Assembly: GCA_051362555.1 (NCBI GenBank)
Contig: CM120640.1
Span: forward strand, 55,282,788-55,346,787
Direction: 5' to 3'
Length of the DNA: 64,000 nucleotides
Source: Lingula anatina
Lineage: Eukaryota; Animalia; Brachiopoda
Shown one piece after another: positions 16,101 through 28,100 of the stretch. The first letter of the stretch is position 1. Each line of letters starts with the position of its first letter. The translations under genes were made by a program, and so were the position numbers. Below the pieces are notes generated by a model. It did not search any database. It saw only the letters and a program-made list of their open reading frames with translations, and had not been told where the DNA came from.

Positions 16101-19100
16101 GTCCTATTCAACAATGAAAAGGTTATGGAGAAAACTAAAGAAAAGAATCCTTGACTGTGAGAAAAATATTCATGGAACAAAAAATTAGCTACATTAAACA
16201 CAATATGTAATTAATAATATTATTCTGCATTTTCACCCATTTTACTTGAGACACATAGAAAGGTATTTGTCTAAGGGAGCATTCAAATAGACACATCATA
16301 CTATTTGGGTCAGTCCAACTCTGCAGGTTCTCTTGGTAAGTGCAATTGGCTTAACTGAATGGCATATGCCTCTAAGAGCAGATAGGTTGTAATTAACTAC
16401 CGTGTGCGCTCTGTTTAATTACATCCTGGGGTTTAAGATGCAGCAACAACTTAGAGCAAAATAAACTATTTGGCACTTTTTCAAAACTCAATACACCATT
16501 AAAGGGATAACAACACATTGTATGAGATCCATAATCCACAATAAATACATTGTAAACAACCCATAAAATATATTAAATTCCATTTTACCACCAAAATGGC
16601 AGTTATCACATTTATGCTGGAATCTGTGCTTGCCATCTTAAAAGATTATAACAAACACAAAACTTTTTAGAAAAAAAAAACTGGGACTAACTTTGAATGT
16701 TGGAATAGTTTCATTAACCATTGGTGACTAAATTGTTGTTAACCCCTGGAAAATCCATTTTTGTCCCAAAATGAACAGTTTTTATCTTTTAAACATCTTG
16801 TGTCAAAATGATTTTTCTAATAAAGTAATAACAAGTCAGAAAAACCACAAATGATGTGTTTTATAATTCTGCTGGTAAAACAACACAAAAAGCTTACTTG
16901 TCCATGCATTCAATGTGACTTCATCACTGAACCTATTGCCACTATAAGCCTTCAATGTGATCACATAACTTGTGCCAACATTGAGACCAGTAAATTCCTT
17001 TGATGTAGAAGATACATTAATATCTAAACTAGAAGAATTAATTCTAATGATGTATCCATCACTTATTCCATCTCCCTTCCCCCAACTGACTGTGATGGAA
17101 CTTTCAGTTGAGTTGAATGATGGATTAGTGGGTGTGTCTGGCCCTGAAAATAGAGGAATAATACTTATTAAAATAGACTTTCTACCACTAATAAATGCTA
17201 ACCATCACAGATTTGAAGTGATGTCATTGCCATTTCATCAAATTAATACATAACAGCTGTATTTCATGGAAAGCCAGACATGTTACATTTCACTTAATAT
17301 ACATTGGATAATTGGGAAATCTCTTCAAGCCTTTTCTCTATTTCATATTTTAGGGCGCATTCCCATAGATTTTAGATCGATCTATCCCTGTGGGGAGTAT
17401 CACTAGATAACTGTCACATAATCCGGCTAAATTGTCCGTCCCGCCTACTACAAGCTGCACGGGGGTAATTAACTTTCGTGCCCGCTCGGCTGACAGCCAT
17501 TTAGCGTGAACCCCCAGGGAGTTAGGTCGATCTAGTTGGATCAATCTAATCTCTGGGAATGGGGTCTTATACATCTTCTAGGGGCAAATTTATTACTTTT
17601 CCTCTGCATTTTTTGGCTGACTGGTTAGATCAAATATTGGTTACAAGCTGTAATTCGAAGTGAGGAGGACACCACATCCTGCACTTAAACATTTAATAGC
17701 TTTTATGTAAAACATTTACTTGGATTGGATAACTGACAATTTATATGAACTACAAGCAAATCTCTTGCTCAGATGCCTACATGAATGGTTCTACTTTCTC
17801 TTTAAACAAATTAACCACCAAGTAGGTTTGTTAAATAGATTGTGCAATGTATCTTGCTATAAAATTTATGCTCAATCTTTATTGCTTACTTGTGTTGTCA
17901 ACTGCAGTGACAGGATCACTCTGTAGAGTTTCTAGTTGTGCAGCTACTGTAGCTCTATATTGTACACCAGGGGTAAGCTCAGTAAAACTGGCATCCCTTG
18001 TGCTTACATTTTTGTTTCTGAAACATTATACCATGGTAATTACAAGTTTTCTGTTACCTGGATAATATTAAATCATTATAATTCTTTAAAACATTGCATG
18101 AATTATGATTGAATGTGCTGAAACAAACAAATGCAAGGAACTTTCAAAGTTGTTTGTAAAGTTACTCAATATTTGTATATTACATGAAATAAGTTCCTGG
18201 ATTTTAACAAAGTTCATTCACACATTTGTAAAAGATATATTTGTCAAAATGCTTACTGTGAAAAATTATAAGAAGAATTCAGTGATTCCAGTTGTATATT
18301 ATATCTTGTGAAATGTCCTGTTGCTGGGGCATCTGCTGGGGCATCCCAGGTAACATCTAACTGCTTTGTACCAACATTGCTAAATGATAGGTTTCGTGGA
18401 GGCCCAGGTTCTGTAAATTAAACAATAAGAACCTATATATTAATAATAATGTTGATCATACTTTCTTGAGAAATTTTTTTTCAAAATTTGTATGTATGGT
18501 TTACAAAGTAGAATCTATCTTCTCAGTAACTTCAATCAAATTCTATAAACTGTCATTCAGCAAACAAATAACATATAGTAAAACTTGAAAGCTTATAGAA
18601 ACAATAATCTGGCACATACAATAAGTGCCTAAAACTTTTAATCAACTGACCCAAAGTAGAAATATAATTTCTTAGCCACAAAACTTTCTTAATATATAAT
18701 TTTTCAAATGTCAACAAAAATATTCTACAAACTTCATACTTCTCAGCATAAGAATGGAGACATTTTTATATGTGTATAACTTTTCAAATGTCAACAAAAA
18801 CATTTTAAATCTTCACGTTTCTCAGCATAAGAATGGAGACATTTTAATCACAATTTATAAAAAACTTCTTTGATATAGGTACAGGGTTTGTAAAGAAAAA
18901 TCTGATAAATGTCATATCTAACAAAATGAAAAAATAAATTAATTACAATATGATATTATTTCTTACCAAGTCTTTACGACACTGGTCCATAAAAAATAGC
19001 CATATAACATGTGCGTGCTTTGTTACATATAAGCAGAAAATAAGAAAAAATACTTACCAGTTGTCTGATTTACCATAGCAGGCTCACTTAATATATAAGA

Positions 19101-22100
19101 AGCATTGCCTACATAAGTATAAGCATTTATGGTGTACAAATGACCTGCTGGGTTGCTAGCTGTAACATTAAAATTACAAGTCTCTGCAATGGCGGCACCA
19201 GGGTCACAAACGGCTGTTATTTCATTTGAGGAACTGTTAAACTGCCACTTGATGACATACTGTGTCTGTGGTAAGATAGAATTATGGAAATGATTCATAT
19301 GTGTTTTAAGACTTTGTTGTGATCAAAAAAAGTTGGGCTGATACTTTAATGAACAATTTTAAATTTCGGACAAAAAAAATGAATATAAAGTCCACTGCAA
19401 CAGTACTCATAAAAAATTTTTATAAATTACTTTGAGTATCATTTTATTTCGAGGATGTCAAAACATAACCTTTAAATATTAACTGTATTTTCAGTAACCA
19501 TTGGGCATTACTATTTGCATAAACATATACTTGTACACCCAAAATGATTTTTTTTCATACTTTCCCCCTCTGTACCTGTGTTGTGTCTGGTTGATAACCA
19601 ATGACCACTTGCAGCCGATGTGTGCCTAGTGCTTTAGAGGAGCCAATCACTGGTGATAAGGGAGCTACATAGAAAATCAAGTAAGCAAAGCCAAATATGA
19701 TATCATTTCATTGCAGATACCTTGATTGGTAGAATGGTAATAATAGTGCAGTTTATGGGAGGTGGAATGGGGACAGATAGCATTTCATGTTGTACATATA
19801 TCTACAAGAGGATGAGTAATAAATATCTACAAATATACCTTTTACTAAACTTACTGCAGCTTATATTGTACACCATTTCATGCAGCCACTGTTACAAGTC
19901 ATTCTAAAATTACTCATGAAAGGTGTTAGGTAAAAGATATGATAGGTACACAATGCAAAGCAACTCACTAATATACACAATGCTGTCAAAGTGGCAACCA
20001 CTCTGCATTCAAAAAAAAAAAAAAATGTGTGTCGCAGAAATATGTCTTTAATAAAGCTTCATGGCATAAGCTTTTCCACCTCTATATACATTACCTGTAT
20101 AAGCTGTTGTATTTGCTAGTAAAGTCATGTTAGCATTAGACACTTCAAACACCTCTATCTTGTACTCTGTTCCAGAACGCAGGTTCTGAAGTATGACTTC
20201 TAGTTTCTTCAATGAAACATCCTGAGGAGATTTTGTGATATTTTTGTCTGTACTAGGATTTTCTCCATACTTAATGATATAGCTGTAATTGCTAGCAGTA
20301 GTGTTTCTTTGGATGTCAATAGAGATGTTCAAACTCTCTGTTTGGCGCCTGGTGATTGTGATTGCAGCATAACTGCTGGCAGTCAAAATTACCTACAAAT
20401 AAGAAAATGCTTATAAGAAAAATAAGAGTATAATATAACTGCAAACTCTAACAAAATGAATGCCCCAATAACTATCTCTAATTAAAATTAATCATTTTCA
20501 AAGTTCAAGCTCCACTTAATGAGCATGGCCATCTGCATTCAGTTCACCTAGAAATAGAGCTTTTTTCTTCCATTAGATAAATGTGTTATTTTTTTAATTT
20601 ACTCATTTTATTCATAATGAGCAAGCTATGCAGACAAGAGTTATATACCATATTACTTAATGTGATTAATACCTCCCACCCACCCACCTGGTAGCTCTTT
20701 GTTGAATCACCTTGTCAGATGCAAACAACTAGACAACAAAGTTAACAGTAAAAAGTAACTAGAGGATCAGAGAGGCGATACCGCCTCCAAATATTGTACC
20801 ACCAGCTGGAGCAAACGCATTCGTATAGACCCCCACATACACAAAATAAGGGACACAGCCACCAGTTTTGTGCTTGACAAGCTGTAAAAATGCAATCAAC
20901 AAGAATTTTTAAACTATTGCAAAAAATATATATGGTACAATCAAATTTAAGTTCTTCGTAAGGTAGGTCAAGGGTCAATTTCAAGGTCACAGTAAATTGC
21001 CAGTATATGACTTCCTATTCAAGTTCAAGAGTAACTATGGACCTATCTCTGTCAAGTTTGAAGTTAAAAGAGAAAGAAATAAACAGAGTTCAGTTCATGA
21101 TAAAAAGTAGGTCAAAGGTCAATTTCAAGGTCACACTTAGATTGCCAGTATAGGACTTCCTATTCAACTTCAATAGTAACTATGGACCTATCTCAGCCAG
21201 TTTTGGAGATAAAAGGGAAGCAAAATTTGCAAAATTCAGTTCATGGTGAAAAGTAGGTCAAAGGTCAATTTCAAGGTCACATTTAGATTGCCAGTATATG
21301 ACTTTCTATTCAAGTTCAATAGTAACTATGGACCTATCTCAGCCAGTTTTGGAGATAAAAGGGAAGAAAAGTTTGCAAAGTTCAGTTCATGGTGAAAAGT
21401 AGGTCAAAGGTCAATTTCAAGGTCACATTTAGATTGCCAGTATATGACTTCCTTTTCAAGTTCAATAGTAACTATGGACCTATCTCTGCCAGTTTTGGAG
21501 ATAAAAGGGAAGCAAAATTTGCAAAGTTCAGTTTATGGTGAAAAGTAGGTCAAAGGTCAATTTTAAGGTCACATTTAGATTGCCAGTATATGACTTCCTA
21601 TTCAAGTTCAATAGTAACTATGGACCTATCTCTGCCAGTTTTGGAGATAAAAGGGAAGCAAATTTTGCAAAGTTCAGTTTATGGTGAAAAGTACGTCAAA
21701 GGTCAATTTCAAGGTCACATTTAGATTGCCAGTATATGACTTCCTATTCAAGTTCAATAGTAACTATGGACCTATCTCAGCCAGTTTTGGAGATAAAAGG
21801 AAAGCAAAATTTGCAAAATTCATTTCATGGTGAAAAGTAGGTCAAAGGTCAATTTTAATGTCACATATAGATTGCCAGTATATGACTTCCTATTCAAGTT
21901 CAATAGTAACTACGGACCTATCTCTGCCAGTTTTGGAGATATAAGGGAAGCAAATTTTGCAAAATTCAGTTCATGGTGTAAAGTAGGTCAAAGGTCAATT
22001 TTAAGGTCACATTTAGATTGCCAGTATATGACTTCCTATTCAAGTTCAATAGTAACTATGGACCTATCTCTGCCAGTTTTGGAGATAAAAGGGAAGAAAA

Positions 22101-25100
22101 ATTTGCAAAGTTCAGTTTATGGTGAAAAGTAGGTCAAAGGTCAATTTTAAGGTCACATATAGATTGCCAGTATATGACTTCCTATTCAAGTTCAATAGTA
22201 ACTATGGGCCTATCTCTGTCAAGTTTGAAGTTAAAAGAGAAAGAAATAAACAGAGTTCAGTTCATGATAAAAAGTAGGTCAAAGGTCAATTTCAAGGTCA
22301 CACTTAGATTGCCAGTATAGGACTTCCTATTCAACTTCAATAGTAACTATGGACCTATCTCAGCCAGTTTTGGAGATAAAAGGGAAGCAAAATTTGCAAA
22401 ATTCAGTTCATGGTGAAAAGTAGGTCAAAGGTCAATTTCAAGGTCACATTTAGATTGCCAGTATATGACTTTCTATTCAAGTTCAATAGTAACTATGGAC
22501 CTATCTCAGCCAGTTTTGGAGATAAAAGGGAAGAAAAGTTTGCAAAGTTCAGTTCATGGTGAAAAGTAGGTCAAAGGTCAATTTCAAGGTCACATTTAGA
22601 TTGCCAGTATATGACTTCCTTTTCAAGTTCAATAGTAACTATGGACCTATCTCTGCCAGTTTTGGAGATAAAAGGGAAGCAAAATTTGCAAAGTTCAGTT
22701 TATGGTGAAAAGTAGGTCAAAGGTCAATTTTAAGGTCACATTTAGATTGCCAGTATATGACTTCCTATTCAAGTTCAATAGTAACTATGGACCTATCTCT
22801 GCCAGTTTTGGAGATAAAAGGGAAGCAAATTTTGCAAAGTTCAGTTTATGGTGAAAAGTACGTCAAAGGTCAATTTCAAGGTCACATTTAGATTGCCAGT
22901 ATATGACTTCCTATTCAAGTTCAATAGTAACTATGGACCTATCTCAGCCAGTTTTGGAGATAAAAGGAAAGCAAAATTTGCAAAATTCATTTCATGGTGA
23001 AAAGTAGGTCAAAGGTCAATTTTAATGTCACATATAGATTGCCAGTATATGACTTCCTATTCAAGTTCAATAGTAACTACGGACCTATCTCTGCCAGTTT
23101 TGGAGATATAAGGGAAGCAAATTTTGCAAAATTCAGTTCATGGTGTAAAGTAGGTCAAAGGTCAATTTTAAGGTCACATTTAGATTGCCAGTATATGACT
23201 TCCTATTCAAGTTCAATAGTAACTATGGACCTATCTCTGCCAGTTTTGGAGATAAAAGGGAAGAAAAATTTGCAAAGTTCAGTTCATGGTGAAAAGTAGG
23301 TCAAAGGTCAATTTCAAGGTCATAGTAAGATTGCCAGTATATGACTTCCTATTCAACTTCAATAGTAACTATGGACCTATCTCTGCCAGTTTTGGAGATA
23401 TAAGGGACTAGATGTTATAATTTTGGAGTTACCATAATGACCCTTAAATTTCGTACAGAAAAAATTAATTAAAATAAAGAAAATGTCATTTTGGTCAAAA
23501 TTCTTGAAAGAGGAGGTGCTCTGAAGTTTCAGAAGTTCAAATTTGATGAAATAATGTCATTTTTGACCACAAGTTGTCTGCTTTGCCAAGCCTTATGTTT
23601 TATTTTTCCAGAGTTCAAAATTTATTATCCATTACCATACTGCACATTTTGCTTTTACCACCAATATGTACTTTTTGATACAGCGTAACTCGAAAACCAT
23701 ATGGAATACAAAAAAACCGAGACCACCCCCAGTGTTGGGCTTTACATGCTCTACAAAATGCAAAAAAGAATGGGTCTCTAGCATTAACGGTTCCCGAATT
23801 AGAGACAGTTTTCAGTTTCGGTATCTTATGGCCGCTACTCCCGTGAAAATGCACCGATTGACCCCAAATTCATGGAGATGAAAGATGACCTGAAGGGTAA
23901 CACTTTCCAATAATATTATTGGTTAAGTCTGTGTGGTGTCTGAATAACAGGGCAAAAAAATTTTTTTTCGTAAAAAGTTTCATTTTTTTGAAAATTTTGG
24001 CCCATTTGACCTTGAAGTAGAGGTCAAAGGTCAAATCCAAGGGTATATTTGAAATCTACACATATGACTTTTGGAAAGCCGTCTATAGAAATTTTTCCCA
24101 TAACTCCTTCCGTAGGGTAGATAATTAGCATTTAATTTTGCCATTTTTAGACAAGGGTGCATTGCAATGAGTGCCACACCCAGACCCCAATACCGACAAA
24201 GCCCAAATTTTACGTGGAACGAGTTGAGATTATAGGTGACCTAAATCCATGAGATGGGTACGGGGGCCCTTACCGTCTAGGAGGAGAAGCGGTAACGGTA
24301 GCTGTCCGGCGGAGCCGGCGGAACGATCCGGACGGGACCGAAACCATGTGTACCGCCAGCGCTAACGCTGGTGGTACAATTATAACTGCTCTATTTAAAC
24401 ATAAACAGGCACATTCCAATAATTTATAACATTTTGTAAAGAAAATCTGATCATGCCTATTTTCAAAAGCCACTCAGAAAAATAAAGTGTGGCACTGATT
24501 GGGAAAACATTGTCAAAAATTAAAACTTATAGAAACTAGAGGATCAGAGAGGCGATACCGCCTCCGAATATTGTACCACCAGCTGGAGCAAGCGCATTCG
24601 TATAGACCCCCACATACACAAAATAAGGGACACAGCCACCAGTTTTGTGCTTGACAAGCTGTAAAAATGCAATCAACAAGAATTTTTAAACTATTGCAAA
24701 AAACATATATGGTACAATCAAATTTAAGTTCTTCGTAAGGTAGGTCAAGGGTCAATTTCAAGGTCACAGTAAATTGCCAGTATATGACTTCATATTCAAG
24801 TTCAAGAATAACTATGAACCTATCTCTGTCAAGTTTGAAGTTAAAAGAGAAAAAAAGTTCAGTTCATGATAAAAAGTAGGTCAAAGGTCAATTTCAAGGT
24901 CACACTTATATTGCCAGTATAGGACTTCCTATTCAAGTTTAATAATAACTATGGACCTATCTCTGTCAGTTTTGGAGATAAAACGGAAGCAAAATTTGCA
25001 AAATTCAGTTCATGGTGAAAAGTAGGTCAAAGGTCAATTTCAAGGTCACATTTAGATTGCCAGTATATGACTTTCTATTCAAGTTCAATAGTAACGATGG

Positions 25101-28100
25101 ACCTATCTCTGCCAGTTTTGGAGATAAAAGGAAAGCAAAATTTGCAAAGTTCAGTTCATGGTGAAAAGTAGGTCAAAGGTCAATATTAAGGTCACATTTA
25201 TATTGCCAGTATATGACTTCCTATTCAAGTTCAATAGTAACTATGGACCTATCTCTGCTATTTTGGAGATATAAGGGACTAAATGTTATTATTTTGGAGT
25301 TACCATAATGTGCCTTAAATTTCGTACAGAAAAAATTAATTAAACAAAGAAAATGTCATTTTGGTCAAAATTCTTGAAATAGGAGGTGCTCTGAAGTTTC
25401 AGAAGTTCAAGTTTGATGAAATAATGTCATTTTTGAACACAAGTTGTCTGCTTTGCCAAGCCTTATGTTTTATTTTTCCAGAGTTCAAAATTTATTATCC
25501 ATTACCGTACTGCACATTTTGCTTTTACCACCAATATGTACTTTTTGATACAGCGTAACTCGAAAACCGTATGGAATACAAAAAAACCGAGACCACCTCC
25601 AGTATTGGGCTTTACATGCAAAGTTCAGTTCATGGTGAAAAGTAGGTCAAAGGTCAATTTTAAGGTCACATTTATATTGCCAGTATATGACTTCCTATTC
25701 AAGTTCAATAGTAACTATGGACCTATCTCTGCCAGTTTTGGAGATAAAAGGGAAGCAAAATTTGCAAAGTTAAGTTCATGGTGAAAAGTAGGTCAAAGGT
25801 CAATTTTAAGGTCACATTTAGATTGCCAGTATATGACTTCCTATTCAAGTTCAATAGTAACTATGGACCTATCTCTGCCAGTTTTGGAGATAAAAGGGAA
25901 GCAAAATTTGCAAAGTTCAGTTCATGGTGAAAAGTAGGTCAAAGGTCAATTTTAAGGTCACATTTAGATTGCCAGTATATGACTTCCTATTCAATTTCAA
26001 TAGTAACTATGGACCTATCTCTGCCAGTTTTGGAGATAAAAGGGAAGCAAAATTTGCAAAGTTCAGTTCATGGTGAAAAGTAGGTCAAAGGTCAATTTTA
26101 AGGTCACATTTAGATTGCCAGTATATGACTTCCTATTCAAGTTCAATAGTAACTATGGACCTATCTCTGCCAGTTTTGGAGATATAAGGGACTAAATGTT
26201 ATAATTTTGGAGTTACCATAATGTGCCTTAAATTTCGTACAGAAAAAATTAATTAAAATAAAGAAAATGTCATTTTGGTCAAAATTCTTGAAATAGGAGG
26301 TGCTCTGAAGTTTCAGAAGTTCAAGTTTGATGAAATAATGTCATTTTTGAACACAAGTTGTCTGCTTTGCCAAGCCTTATGTTTTATTTTTCCAGAGTTC
26401 AAAATTTATTATCCATTACCGTACTGCACATTTTGCTTTTACCACCAATATGTTCTTTTTGATACAGCGTAACTCGAAAACCGTATGGAATACAAAAAAA
26501 CCCGAGACCACCTCCAGTATTGGGCTTTACATGCAAAGTTCAGTTCATGGTGAAAAGTAGGTCAAAGGTCAATTTTAAGGTCACATTTAATTGCCAGTAT
26601 ATGACTTCCTATTCAAGTTCAGTAGTAACTATGGACCTATCTCTGCCAGTTTTGGAGATAAAAGGGAAGCAAAATTTGCAAAGTTCAGTTCATGGTGAAA
26701 AGTAGGTCAAAGGTCAATTTTAAGGTCACATTTAGATTGCCAGTATATGACTTCCTATTCAAGTTCAATAGTAACTATGGACCTATCTCTGCCAGTTTTG
26801 GAGATATAAGGGACTAAATGTTATAATTTTGGAGTTACCATAATGTGCCTTAAATTTCGTACAGAAAAAATTAATTAAAATAAAGAAAATGTCATTTTGG
26901 TCAAAATTCTTGAAATAGGAGGTGCTCTGAAGTTTCAGAAGTTCAAGTTTGATGAAATAATGTCATTTTTGAACACAAGTTGTCTGCTTTGCCAAGCCTT
27001 ATGTTTTATTTTTCAAGAGTTCAAAATTTATTATCCATTACCGTACTGCACATTTTGCTTTTACCACCAATATGTACTTTTTGATACAGCGTAACTCGAA
27101 AACCGTATGGAATACAAAAAAACCCGAGACCACCTCCAGTATTGGGCTTTACATGCAAAGTTCAGTTCATGGTGAAAAGTAGGTCAAAGGTCAATTTTAA
27201 GGTCACATTTAGATTGCCAGTATATGACTTCCTATTCAAGTTCAATAGTAACTATGAACCTATCTCTGCCAGTTTTGGAGATAAAACGGAAGCAAATTTT
27301 GCAAAGTTCAGTTTATGGTGAAAAGTAGGTCAAAGGTCAATTTTAAGGTCACATTTAGATTGCCAGTATATGACTTCCTATTCAAGTTCAATAGTAACTA
27401 CAGACCTATCTCAGCCAGTTTTGGAGATAAAAGGAAAGCAAAATTTGCAAAGTTCAGTTCATGGTGAAAAGTAGGTCAAAGGTCAATTTTAAGGTCACAT
27501 TTAGATTGCCAGTATATGACTTCCTATTCAAGTTCAATAGTAACTATGGACCTATCAGTTCATGGTGAAAAGTAGGTCAAAGGTCAATTTTAAGGTCACA
27601 TTTATATTGCCAGTATATGACTTCCTATTCAAGTTCAATAGTAACTATGGACCTATCTCTGCCAGTTTTGGAGATAAAAGGGAAGCAAAATTTGCAAAGT
27701 TCAGTTCATGGTGAAAAGTAAGTCAAAGGTCAATTTTAAGGTCACATTTAGATTGCCAGTATATGACTTCCTATTCAAGTTCAATAGTAACTATGGACCT
27801 ATCTCTGCCAGTTTTGGAGATAAAAGGGAAGCAAAATTTGCAAAGTTCAGTTTATGGTGAAAAGTAGGTCAAAGGTCAATTTTAAGGTCACATTTATATT
27901 GCCAGTATATGACTTCCTATTCAAGTTCAATAGTAACTATGGACCTATCTCTGCCAGTTTTGGAGATAAAAGGGAAGCAAAATTTGCAAAGTTCAGTTCA
28001 TGGTGAAAAGTAGGTCAAAGGTCAATTTTAAGGTCACATTTAGATTGCCAGTATATGACTTCCTATTCAAGTTCAATAGTAACTATGGACCTATCTCTGC

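Noticed and set aside
16272-16445. Possible diverged relative of the 17353/31854 MITE
   Set aside because: Only a left-end-like TAAGGGAGCATTC and one internal motif match; no right TIR found
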